Notes under the pieces: generated by a model | Database searches by the model: none | Told to the model about the DNA's origin: nothing | Seen by the model: the letters and a program-made list of their open reading frames with translations, nothing else | DNA from: Callorhinchus milii | Taxonomy: Eukaryota | NCBI RefSeq assembly: GCF_018977255.1 | Contig: NW_024704742.1 | Coordinates: 9,364,001 to 9,428,000 of the forward strand | DNA length: 64,000 nt | Direction of reading: 5' to 3' | Shown: piece by piece, positions 36,955-49,372 of the stretch | Numbering within the stretch: position 1 is the stretch's first letter | Layout of the letters: every line of letters starts with the position of its first letter | Made by a program: the position numbers and the translations under genes

Positions 36955-37380
36955 TAATAATCGGTGCATTTGATGTAATGCCTTATCATTGTTGTTGAGA
37001 TGCCTCAAAGCAATTCCCAGGAATTACTGCAAAGTATAGTGACTATGTATTTTGGAGGCAGATAGACACGGCAGACAATTTGTACACAGCAAAATGCCAC
37101 AAACATCCATGAAGCGAATGACCAATTCTGTCTGGGGATTGCCAACTGCGATAACAAGAAAACCTCCCTTCTCTTTTTGAATAGTATCATAGGTTTTTTA
37201 ACTTCCACCCGAACAGGCAGATGGGACCTCAGTTGAATATTTCATCCAAAGGATGGCATCTCTGACAATGCAGGGTTCCCCCAGCAGCCTGCACTGTAGC
37301 TCAAAGTCCTGACGTGGGGCTTGAATCCACAACCTCCTGACTCAGAGGTGAGGGTGCCACTCATTGAACCAGCAAGTGGC
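36955..37380 (-). mobile_element. Deu-domain SINE
   Basis: Collinear with 2719-3102. Confidence 0.75.
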
Positions 37381-37747
37381 TGAAAGCAAGTTCTGAGAGT
37401 GTTGTGCTTTGAAAGCTGGAGGAGGAGAGAAAAAAATGAAGTAAAGAGAGTTGGGAAGAGCGTTCCAGAGAGTGGAGCTGGTACCAGGTTTGGTACCGTA
37501 TTCCTGAGATGCTTTTTTCAGAAGCCTGTAGGGATCATCAAGGTCACGTTTGTGAGGCATTGCTTCTCTCAAGCAGCAACCCCTGATGTTTTATTATCTA
37601 AAAAGAATTGACAACAGGTTGTTTAACATTAGCATCAGTCTTTTGTGGAGGGCAGATATATGTATTATGGATATCAGCTGAAAGGAATATGTACCCATTA
37701 TACCTGTTTTCCAGACAGACATTTTGGGCCATTCTATATGGTAAACA

Positions 37748-38108
37748 TAATAATAATAATACCTGCATTTGATATAGCGCCTTATCACATATTGGAGATG
37801 TCTCAAAGTGCTTCACAGAATATAGTATAAAGTGAATTGACTGTATATTTTGTGGGTGAATCGCGGCAGCCAATTGTGCACAGCAGTGTCCCACAAAGAG
37901 TCATGGATTGAGTGATCAATTTTTTTTAAAAAAGGAATTATTATCCCCAGAAAAGCGATTCACCAATTGACTAACAACCGGATTCCTACTTACTACTATA
38001 TACAGAGGCGTGTGGGGTAAGGAAACTTGCTCAATGTTTCACCCTGCCGGGAATCAAACTCAGGTCCTCTGCTTGCGAGGCAAGTGCTCTAACCATTGAG
38101 CTACAGGA
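37748..38108 (-). mobile_element. tRNA-derived SINE, long subfamily
   Basis: Near full length. Confidence 0.9.
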
Positions 38109-38599
38109 GCTACATATTGCCACCTAATCCCACAAAAAGAAAAAATGAGAATACAGTAAGATGAATAATGGTCTTATGATGTGAGGGCTGCATGATGCGG
38201 TGTAAAATTGGCTTATAATGTTCCTTCTTTTCTCAGAATCGAATCACCCCCACCTTCAGTCCTCAAAAAGAAATCATTTCTTATTATTATTATCAGTTTT
38301 TTTTTGTTCCAGTTACTTTTCGTTAATGCTACTTACCAATTGAATGAAGAGCTTTCTTTTCAATAATCTGACCTGTGACTGTCAGAGACAAATAGAGTGT
38401 AATTTAGCAAGGCAAAACCCCTGCCAGGCCAGACTTTGTTCAGTGTGCATTGCATCATCGGGGGGAAGAATGGATGAAAATGGAATGAACAGGAGAAAAA
38501 AAAGATATACATTAATGCTACTTTGATACCATACTCAGTATTCTGAGACGTTATCCTGCGTGCAGTGCACTATATAAATGCAAGTTGTCATTCAATTGA

Positions 38600-38822
38600 T
38601 TACAAGATCAGTTTGGATGAAGAAGGCCCTTCGGCCAATCTGATCTCATTCCTCCAGGTCAGCCACCCTACCTTCCCCTCATCTCTGCAGCAAGCTGCGT
38701 TTTAAATGAGTCCAGTGTCCTGGTCTCTATCATCTTTCCTGGCAGCCTGTTCCAGTCGTTGATTACCCTCTATGTAAAGAAAAGTCTTCCTGATATCTGT
38801 CCTAAACTTGCCCGTTACAACT
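38600..38822 (-). mobile_element. CR1 3' end, (GATCTTGT)n family
   Basis: Reverse-complement match to ~1010-1230. Confidence 0.75.
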
Positions 38823-38975
38823 CTAAAACTTGCCCCTTCCTTCCCCATCTTCAGGTCTCACTTGAAGACCTTCCTATTTGACCATGCCTATGGTTATTCA
38901 CCCCTCTCCCTGGCTCGGCATCGTGCTGTCACTATAAAGCGCTCTGAGACCTTACCCTGCATGAGCCTCTTTAGT

Positions 38976-39264
38976 TATAATAATAATCCTTGCATTTGAT
39001 ATAGGGCTTTATCAGGTCTTCGAAACATCTCAAAGTGCTTCACAGAATAGACTGTAAAGTGAATTGACTGTATATATGTGGGCAAAACGCGGCAGCCAAT
39101 TGCGCACAGCAGCGTCCCACAAACAGTTGTAGATTGAAGTGACCAATTTTTTTTTTTTTAAAGGATTATTATCAGGCATGTGGAGTAAGGAAACTTGCCC
39201 AAGGTTTCGCCCTGACCAGCCAGGAATCAAGCCAAGGTCTCTCGCTTGTTAGGCGAGTGCTCTT
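38976..39264 (-). mobile_element. tRNA-derived SINE, short body, old-type tail
   Basis: Lacks internal segment; 5' truncated. Confidence 0.85.
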
Positions 39265-39629
39265 TCCCAGCGGAAAGACTGAACAAAGCAATGGCCCTAT
39301 TAGCTGTTTTCTTATTGATTGGTACTACGTAACCTTTCTTTTCATTGTAATGCAAGTGTAAGTTACAGTTTCACTGCCTGCTCACATTGTTGGGTGAAGT
39401 TAGGGAAGGTGGAGCTCTTATTGACTGAAAACAGCCAACAGGGCCATTGCTTTGTTCACTCTTTCCACTGGGACTCATGGCAAACTCTGGTAGCTGCCGA
39501 GTTTGCTTTAACTTCAAGTTGCTTTGTTGTTTTGGTGATTGCCACACAATGCAGGTATCAACATACATGTTTAGGGAGTACTTATGAGTGTGTAATACTG
39601 GGTGCAGCTAAATGCATCCCTGGTAATAT

Positions 39630-39970
39630 TAATAATAATAATAATAATCCTCGGATTTATTATAGCACCTTATCATGTCATAGGAACATTTCAATCACTT
39701 CAAAGGATTTTACTGTAAAGTTGACGCAGCAGCCAATTTGCACACAGCAATGACCCACAAACCATTCCCGCTGTTAGTGACCAATTTTTATTTGGGGGCG
39801 ATTATTAGCCAGGACACCGGGAGGGAGAAACTCCCTTCGCTTTTTTGAATAGTGCCATGGGATTATTAATCTGAGCAGGTACACAGGACAGGTTTAACAT
39901 TTCATCCAAAGGACGGCATCTCTGACAACGCGTTGCATTCCCAGCAAAGCAGTGAAGTACCAGCCTAGAC
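39630..39970 (-). mobile_element. Deu-domain SINE fragment
   Basis: gaatagtgccatgggat core and tail. Confidence 0.7.
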
Positions 39971-40280
39971 TAGGAGCTCAGAGATGCGATGCTGTATGCA
40001 GTCTCCCTACTATACTCTACAATCATCTTGCAGCAACTTGTTAATTTCCCTGAAGCTTCTTGTAAAATGCACAGATTGCAGGTTCTTCCTGTGAGACACG
40101 TTGTACCTGCGCTCTGGAACTTTCTCCCTATATCGCTACACCTCACTCCCTCTCTCCTTTCAAAACACATCTAAACATCCATCTCCCTGACAGTGCCTCC
40201 CGCCCATCTCCCACCCTGTATGGTCTCCCACTCTGACTCTGTAAAGTGCTTTGAGACATTCTCCTGCATGAAAGCCATTT

Positions 40281-40730
40281 GTGGAGTCCTGTAGCTCAGT
40301 CGTTAGAGCAAGCGAGAAGACCTGGGTTCGATTCCCGGGCAGGGCAAGTGTTAGGCAAGTTTATTTACTCCACATGCCTCTGTTTACATAGCAGTAAGTA
40401 GGAACCCGCTTGTTAGTCGACTGGCGGATCGCTTTTCCGGGGGTAATAATTCCTTCAAATCAAAATAATTATAATAATTTGTCACTCAATCCATGACTGT
40501 TTGTGGGACACTGCTGTGCACAATTGGCTACCGTGTTTTGCCCATAGAATATATAGTCAATTCACTTTGGGGAAGGGCACCCAGGAAGTATCATTACCGC
40601 AAGGAATAATGTGATATTCTATTGGATGGTAACATATAATAATCCTTGCATTTGCATTTGATATAGATATAGATGTCTCAAAGACATGACAAGGTGCTAT
40701 ATCAAATGCAAGGATTATTATTATTATTAT
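40281..40730 (+). mobile_element. tRNA-derived SINE, long subfamily, with a 110-bp templated insert
   Basis: Normal SINE to ~40568; 40574-40683 identical to 42499-42608; tail then resumes. Confidence 0.9.
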
Positions 40731-40944
40731 CACACAAGTGCTACTTGCGTGTCAGCTCATTTCCTTGTGATTCCCATTTTGTGGAATGGTATAGTACAAT
40801 CCGCAAGTGCTTCTAGTGCTAGCTGACAGCAGAGGGTGCTTTCACTGTCTTTTCACTCCTTGCTGGAGCAGCTATACAGCAGCAAGGTATAGATCAGCAC
40901 TGTTAGGTGGATATGGTTCAGACAAATACAATTTACTTTTATAC

Positions 40945-41510
40945 AACAACAACTAGCAATTATACAGCGCCCTTCACATGGGATAGCGTCCTGGAGTGCT
41001 TCACAGTGGCGGGGTCTGACCACCAGCCAGGAGAAGAAGGAATGGGGAGGTGACCATAAGCATGATCAAAACGGAAGGTCTTTGAAAGTGGAGAGGGAGG
41101 GGGCAAGGGGGAGGGGTTGAGAGAGGCCGTTCCAGAGCTACGGGGTGTAGTGGCTGAAGGCATGGTCTCCGATGGTGGAGCGGAGGGGATGAGGGATGGA
41201 CAGGAGCCTGGAGCCGGCCGAGTGGAGGCAGCGGGTGATGGAGTGGGGGGCAAGCAGCTGGGAGAGGTACAGAGGAATCCAAGGGCATGAAGGGATTTGA
41301 AAATGAATAAGAGGATCTTGAAATCGATCCGTTAGGTGATTGGAAGCCAGTGGAGCCTGGCGAGGACTATGTGATGGGAGTTCAGAGTTTTGTGTGGGTG
41401 AGAATCCGGGCGGTAGAGTTCTGAATTAGTTGAATTTTTTTGCATATGGTGGAGTTGGGGAGACCAGCAAAGAGGGCTTTGGAATAGGCCAGCCAGGAAG
41501 CGACAATTAT
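40945..41510 (-). mobile_element. L2 3' portion
   Basis: Tail; decayed LHWLPI..RIDFKIL region. Confidence 0.85.
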
Positions 41511-43791
41511 GTTGTGTCTTTCACATCAGAAGGATGTCTCAAAGAGTTTTACACTGCAGATTGGTAGGGGGAGAAGGTGAAAAGGGTGGAGGGAAGAATG
41601 AAATATGAGTTGCATAAAAGTGGATATAAGCGATGGATGTACATCATCTGCAAAAATGGTGGTATTCTGGGAAAGTAATATTGGTCACTCACTTCACAGC
41701 TATTTGTGGGACATTCACTCACAAAATACACAATCAATCCACATTACAATATACCCTGTGAAGCGATTTGAGACATCTGAACACCGTGATAAAGTGTTAC
41801 ATCAAATGCAAGGATTATTATTACATGTGAGACTTTGCTGGGCATAAACTGGCTGTCACATTCACCTAGAAAATTCACAGTCACTACACTTTACAGCAAA
41901 TGCTGTGAAACACATGGAGCACCTCAATGATATGATATGGCATTATATCAAACAGATGGTTGAAAGGTAACGTAATATAATTGTTGTTTTGACTTGCAGA
42001 AAATTAAGGGAAATATGCTTTTGCAGAATGGTGATTATCTGCATCGGGTCCAAATTCAGCAACTAATTAATAATTATTTGTATTGTGAATTTTTCTATAT
42101 TTTCATAAAAGTGATTCTGTTCATTTTTATATACTTCATTTTAAGATTCAGACGGAATGTCAATCATTTAAGCCTCTACTCTGAAACGGTTTCTTAAAAG
42201 ATCCTGAATACATTAAAGAAAGTCTGAGCTTCACATGTGAACCCCAAAACATTTAAGTGAACTATTTTTAATCATTTATAATAATAATAATTTGATCACT
42301 CAATCTACGATTGTTTGTGGGACACTGCTGTGTGCAATTGGCTGCCCGTTTTGTCTACAAAATATGCAGTCAATTCACTTTACAGTATATTCTGTGAACA
42401 GCTGTGAGATGTCTTGAAGACGTAATAAAGCTCTATATCAAGTGCAAGGATTATTATCTAAATGTTCTTTTAGAGAGCTGAGTCATGCCATTACTATTAG
42501 GGCACCCAGGAAGTATCATTACCGCAAGGAATAATGTGATATTCTATTGGATGGTAACATATAATAATCCTTGCATTTGCATTTGATATAGATATAGATG
42601 TCTCAAAGCGCTTCACAGGATATCCCGTTAAAGCAGATTGACTGTATATATTTTGTTGACAAGACTGAGCAGCCAGATGCGCACAGCAATGTCCCACAAA
42701 TAGCCATGGAGTGAGTGACCAATTTTATTTTGACATACTTTATTTTAAGATTTGGATTGGTCATTTTTAGTCTCTACTCTGAAACAGTTTCTTGAATGAT
42801 CCTGAACACATTAAAGGTAGGCTGAGCTTCACATATGTGTGCCACTGACAGGTATCAGGAAATGATCATGCAAAATCATTTGGTCCAGCAAGAGAAAGGC
42901 TTGGCTGTTTACCACAGGCCAGGAATTATTAGCCCAGACCTGCTGTCTGAGAGGAACTCAGTTTGGTTACTTTGTCAGAAGAGTCTGAGGATTGACCTTT
43001 AGAGAGCAACAGAATGAAAACACTTGTGATGTTTTTGTAATGTTTTTCCCCCGTGCTTCTTCCTGTGTGAGGGAGGGTGGAGGATGCTTCAAGATAAATT
43101 TGTCTTCACGCCAAAATAAATACCGGTTTAGTAAATCCTAGTTGAAGTGAACGCATCAAAGACGTTAATGAAACAGTCACTGCAGGACAACACAAAGCCC
43201 TTATCAATCAGTCTGCCCATCTGCCATTCCAAACCATAGTGCCATATCTCGCTACAAATAGCAAGCCCAGCCTGGAACTCAGAATTAGCATATATTGAGG
43301 TGAACTCATAAGATATTCAAGACACAAGCCTTTCCATTTCAATCAGTCAGAAACCCACCCAGATAACCAAAAAAGATCCATTTATTTGATCTGAAGGATT
43401 TTTGGCCAGGAGATGAAGATAATCATATTCTGAGTAAGCTTGGGTCAGAGTAGGTTTACACTGTTTTTTCTGCTGTGTTAGCCAGTTTTACAGGATATAC
43501 TGCAGAGTCTTCATCCACAGAACACACAGTCACTCTGCATTTTATAGTATCAAATACTTTGGAACATCCTTCTGACATAAAAAATGCTATCCTAAATGTA
43601 ATGTAATGCTATTAGTCATCATCTTAAAGCATTTCACATAAAGCATACACATGGTATACTGTAAAGTTATCATTATAATAATATTCTCGCAACTCTGAAG
43701 AGTAATAAATCATTACTGATCTTATTATTAATAACGAGACCAGCAATCAGACCGGGTTCAGAATTAGTACAATTTGCTATAGGTTGATACA

Positions 43792-44285
43792 TTGGAGTCT
43801 TGTAGCATAGTGGTTAGAGCCACTCGCCTCGCTGTTCTGTGCACAATTGGCTGCCGTGTTTCACCCACAAAACACACATCACTACACTTTACAGTGCATT
43901 CAGTGAAGCACTTTGAGATGTCTCGAAGACAAGATAAGGGACTCTATCAAATGCAAAGATTATTATTATATGGAATAGGACCTAGGTTTGATTTCTGTGC
44001 CGGGCAAAACTTTAAGCAAGTTTCCTTACTCCACACGCCTCATTTTCCTAGCAGTAAGTAGGAAACCAATTGTTACTCGATTGGCAAATTGCATTCCTGT
44101 GGTAATAATCTATTAAAAAATATATATATATGGGCAGTCAATCTACGACTGTGGGACACCACTGTGCACAACTGGCTGTCGTATTTTGCTCACAAAATAT
44201 ATAGTTAAGTCACTTTACAGTATATTCTATGAAGCGCTTTAAGATGCCATGATAAGGGCTATATCAAATGCGAGGATTATTAATA
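43792..44285 (+). mobile_element. SINE with a 5'-truncated SINE nested in its tRNA head
   Basis: Head breaks at ~43832; body plus tail to ~43968; head resumes at ~43977. Confidence 0.8.
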
Positions 44286-45619
44286 TCACCCACACGTTGT
44301 TTCTCCAGTTTTACTTTTTATTTATTTTTAAAAGGCCACTAGGCCTAAAGTGTTATCATTTGAAGTGCTTTGAGACGTCTCAAAGATGTGATAAGGCACT
44401 ATATCAAATACAAGGATTATTATTATAACCAGTTAAGAGTAACTTAAATTTTCAGAATAATAACAACATTCGGAATTCAGTAACAAACTATATATAACAA
44501 ATGTTTGACAACTGCGCTCATTTATTCCAGAGATGCAAATTCAGGTATGTGGTTGTCAATTTAGCACAACCACTCACATTTAACCTTGGATGTTCAGTAT
44601 TTACTCTTTCATTTCTTAATTCACAGAAACATGTAACGAATGCTAGGAATCGCAAGCTAATTTAAATCTGACCACTGAGGCAGGGATTCTTCCCGCTCAG
44701 TTCTTGTTAACCCTGCAAGCCGGAGCCCTTACGGGTAGGGTAGACCTAGCTGGACAAGTAGTGAGAAAGCTTGCCAGACAGCGCTATCAATGGCAAACTA
44801 TGTGGTTTTTAGCTGGTTAGATTCTAGCAGCTACCCCAATGCAAACTCTGGGGTCCTCAAGCCTTGGATCTTGCCAACCTGTGCCAAATACTCTCCGGAA
44901 TGAGGTAAGCAGGATGTGTCCCTTCAGGGAGAGAGAGGCTGTAAGTTTCCACAGGGAGGCTGGCAGTCCTACCAACCTAAGATGGAGCAAAAAGAAAATC
45001 TTCCATTTAATATACAGGATTTCCTGTATAGGTGAGATTCATGGAATCTCAGTCTGGTTTGGATGTTCTTAAGACTGGTGATGGGTTTCTGCATGTTTCA
45101 GACACCTGGCTGACCAAACTAAAACATTAACCCCTCTAATCTACTCTTACTACGCTCATTCATTCCTGAGACATCAATCCATGTTTATCCACTGCTTGTG
45201 AATTTAACATGGATTATAAACTAATTTACGCTTACTCTGTTGTTCAGTGTGTTTATTTTGTGGCAGCTGTTAGAATTTTGTGATTTTTTTTGAATACTTG
45301 TTGTTGTGCAAGTTCTAAGCTGCTGCACAATGTAGTCAAGTGCACAAGAGTGTGTGACGATATGCAGCACATACCTTGGTGCTTCTCCAAATCTTGCAGT
45401 TTCTTCTGTGTCTCTTGTTATCACAAGATACACGATCTATCACAAGATCACAAGAGTTTCAGATGAGGAAGTATCTGCAGTCTATCTGACTCATCCTCCC
45501 ACTCTATCATCTTCCCATCACAGTATCATGCTTTTTTCTAAAAGAATCCAGGGGCCTGGAAGGTTGTGTGTTCAAGCCTCACGTCGGGTCTTGGAATCAT
45601 ATGGTCTAAGCTGATACTG

Positions 45620-45955
45620 CAGTGCTTTGCTGGAGGGGGATATTGCATTGCCAGAGGTGCCATCCTTCAGATGAGACGTTAAACCAAGGCTTGTTCAGGT
45701 GGATGTTAAAGATCCCATGGCGCTATTCGAAAAGAGAAGGGATTTTTTTCTGGTATTCTAGCCAACAATCCCCCAAGCAAAATTGGTCGCTCCCTCCATG
45801 GCTGTTTGTGGGACCCTGCTCTGTGCAACCGGCTGTTGCATTTTGCTCCAAACATACACAGTCAATCCACCGTACAGTGTATCTGGTGATGTGTTTTGAG
45901 ATATCTCAATGATGTAATAAGGAAATATAATAAATGCAAGAATGATTATTATTAG
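45620..45955 (+). mobile_element. Deu-domain SINE fragment
   Basis: ggatgttaaagatcccatggcgctattcgaaaagag core and tail. Confidence 0.75.
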
Positions 45956-46054
45956 TAGTAGTAGTGGTCGAAGTATGCAACTGTTCTTTTATTTTAATTT
46001 TTGCTGCTAGATTTTCATTTAGTTAAAAAAAAGATTGAAAATTGATCAAATGTT

Positions 46055-46277
46055 GGCCTTTCAAGCCATTTTGTCTCCAAACTTAAGTTCTTGCAGAATT
46101 ATGTAAGATTCTCCAACCCAGGATTGATCTGGTAGCTGATTATTTCTAAGGACTGGGGAAAACAGCTTGAGAATTGAATTTAAGATCTGGATTTAAGAAT
46201 TTTCCACCGTTCCACACAATATTAAGTTTATTGGGACAGAATGATTTTACTGGCAAATACGAAATGGAAATCTGGCC
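46055..46277. mobile_element. Palindromic MITE, decayed copy
   Basis: Shares ctggatttaagaatt..ccac arm with 60261-60493; cattttgtctccaaacttaa pairs with ttaagtttattgggacagaatg. Confidence 0.55.
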
Positions 46278-46844
46278 AATTATGTTGAATAGGAGATACT
46301 GGATAATACAACAATAACAACTTGCACTTATATAGCCCCTTCCACGCAGGTCAGCGTCTCAGAGCGCTTAACAATGGAGCCTGACTCCGAGCCGGGGTAG
46401 AGGGGCTTTATGTGATCGTAAGCAAAGTCGAAAAGGAAGATTTTAAGGCGGGACTTGAAAAAGGGGAGAGAGAGGCAAGGCGGTGGGATTGAGGGAGAGT
46501 GTTCCAAAGTTAAAACCTGCAAAGCATTTCATTTGGTTCACTTTGGAGAATGCACTGAATTGAAGTGTGTACCTGTGTGCAGTGGCTGTAAGTTTCCACA
46601 GGGAGGCAGGCAATCCTACCAAACCTGAGACGGAGCGAGAAGAAAATTTCAATTGTCTTCATTTTTCATTGTTTCCTTTGTCATTCAAATCGAAATATTG
46701 CAATCCAATGTAAATCTGGTTTGCAATAAATTAAGTAAGCAATCTTTTTTTAATAATGTGGTCAACGAATAAATTGTCCAACAATTGTATGCACCTATTG
46801 TTTTGAAGGATTAGGCAGGTCTGAGCTACAAATTGCTTGGTAGT

Positions 46845-47120
46845 TATAATAATTCTTGTATTTGCTACTATGCCTGTCACGTCACTGAAGGATCTCAGAG
46901 CGATTCACAGTGTAGTGACTGTATTTGTAAGACAACCAGTCTGCATACAGCAATGCCCCACAAAATTGTTGGCCAGGAAACCAAGAGAAGCTCCCTTCTC
47001 TTTTCGAATAGTGCCATGGGATCTTTAACATCCACCTTCAGGATAGGCAGACTGCATGTGAAAGACAGCACCTCTGTTAATACAGCCGAACTCCAGCATT
47101 GCACTGGTGTCAGCTCAGAA
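46845..47120 (-). mobile_element. Deu-domain SINE fragment
   Basis: cgaatagtgccatgggatctttaacatccac core. Confidence 0.72.
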
Positions 47121-47227
47121 TTCCTGATACGGGTCTGAATGAGGCAAGAGAACCAGGCGACACCTGATCTGGGCTTGTTCAATGAATCACTGTTAATAAC
47201 CGTTGCACCAAAAAATTAATCTGACAA

Positions 47228-47378
47228 TTAGATAATTATTTGGGGAGGACAAGTTTGCATGGCTCTGGGGAGAGTGCGGGGGAGTGGGATTCAATTGGAT
47301 AGGTCTTTTCAAAGAGCCTGCAAAGACACAATGGGCCGACTGGCCTCCTTCTGTGCTGTATAATTCTATGATTCTATG
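47228..47378 (+). mobile_element. CR1 3' UTR, (ATTCTATG)n family
   Basis: Ends ctgtgctgtataattctatgattctatga. Confidence 0.85.
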
Positions 47379-47472
47379 ACAAAAATGCAACAAATTGACA
47401 ACCCTTTGTTATATTACCAGCCCAGCATCTCGCATCATTGCTTGGTCCTCTAAAGGAAGTAATTAAGAGATC

Positions 47473-47870
47473 GTGGAGCTCAGTTGTTACAGTGCTCGGC
47501 TCGCAAGTGAGAGACCTGTGTTTGATTCCTGGCAGGGCAAAACCTTGGGCAAGTTTCTTTACTCCACACGCCTGATAATAATCCCTCAAGAAAAAAACCC
47601 AAACAATAATAAATTGTCGTTTCAATCCACGACTGTTTGTGGGACACTGCTGTGCACAATTGGATGTCGTATTTCACCTACAAATATACAGTCAATTCAC
47701 TTTACAGTGTGTTCTGTGAAACGCTTTGGGACGTCCTCCCGACGTGAAAAGCGCTATATCAAATGCAAGGATTATTATTATTATTATTATATTCTGTGAA
47801 GTGCTTTGAGACATCTAGAAGACATGAAAAGTGCTATATCAAATGCAAGGATTATTATTATCATTATTTT
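47473..47870 (+). mobile_element. tRNA-derived SINE with two tandem tails
   Basis: Young tail ends ~47790; second, older-type tail ~47789-47865. Confidence 0.88.
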
Positions 47871-49061
47871 TTATAATTATATTATTGAGCCTCTCATGGG
47901 TGCAATAGAAGCAAAGGTGATATTGAGAATGTCTGCTAGGATCGTTCAGGTTTTGACAAGCCACTTGGGATAGTAATTGTTCACGTGTAATGCTTTAGTC
48001 TCCTTACAAAGGCAGATCCAGCAAATTGATGCTACAGATAAACATGTTGACTTATCAGTGAACTAATACTGGTGAGAAAATCAATGGAAACGGCCGCTTT
48101 TAATAAAAGTTCTCTCACAATACGGTGGCTGTTTAAATGGAAATCTATTCATCTGAATCACCATGCAGTAATTCAACAGATCTATACTTGCTGCAGGCTC
48201 TTAAATTTCTTCTTGTATTTTCTTGTTCTTGCACATCCTTGATGTTATGTTTGAGCCTGAGATGAGTTTTGATCGAAATCGACAGCAGGATAGTTCCCTT
48301 CTACCTCTAGAACACTGCTGCTAAAACCCAATTTCATGCCTTCTTCACCTGGAGGGTAAGTTAATCCAATGCTCACCTCAAACCTGTCTCTGATTTCCAC
48401 AAATATCAACAGGTCCCAAATTCTGCAGCACAAATCCTTCACACCATCATCTCATTGTCTTTGTGCATGGAAAGTGTCACAGGCTGTCTCTTAGGAGATT
48501 GCCCACAAAATATACAGTCAATTTATTTCACAGTTTATTCTGTGAGACATCTCAAAGACATGATAGAGCGCTATATCAAATGCAAGGCTTATTATTATTA
48601 TTGATTTTGAGATCCTCATTTTCAAATCTCTCTCCCCAAGAATTGATAATTGATATTTGCTGTATTGATTATATATTTAAAAATATTTATATATTTCATG
48701 AGAGTCCATTCGAGAGACGATAATAACTAAGATTACCACATGCAGTCCTCTGTCACCATCTCCATAGCTCCACAAGAAGAATGTTAAAGATTAAAGAGGG
48801 AGGTGTACACAGCAGATCAGCTTTCTGGCCTCCCTTTGACCAGCAGTAAAACAGGCAAAGGGAAGTTCTGAAAGAAATTTATTGGCAATGCATACATACT
48901 TCCTTACTAACATTTAGGATCCAGCAAAAATTAGATGAAAACAAATCCTTCTCAGAAAGCTATTTCATTAAATTTATGCTCTCTCCCAACCTTCCTGGTT
49001 CCCTAACCCTGCAATTTATTACCATCTGTTTACCATCTGACGATACTTTACTTCAGAGACA

Positions 49062-49372
49062 TGTGGAGTCCTGTAACGTGGTGGTTAGAGCACTCTCGTT
49101 GCAAGCCAGAAGACCCGGGTTTGATTCCCGGGCAGGGCGAAACGTTTACTCCACACCCCTCTGTTTAGCTAGCAGTAAGTAGGAACCCAGTTGTCAGTTG
49201 ATTGATTTATCACTTTTCCGGGGGTAATAATTCCTTCAAAAAAAATAATAACAATTTGGTCACACAACCCACTGCTGTTTGTGGGACACTGCTGTGTGCA
49301 ATTGGCTGCCATGTTTCGCCCACAAGATATACAGTCAATTCACTTTACAGGGATTATTATTATTATTATTAT
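49062..49372 (+). mobile_element. tRNA-derived SINE, long subfamily, tail hairpin deleted
   Basis: cactttacag joined directly to ggattattatt. Confidence 0.85.
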
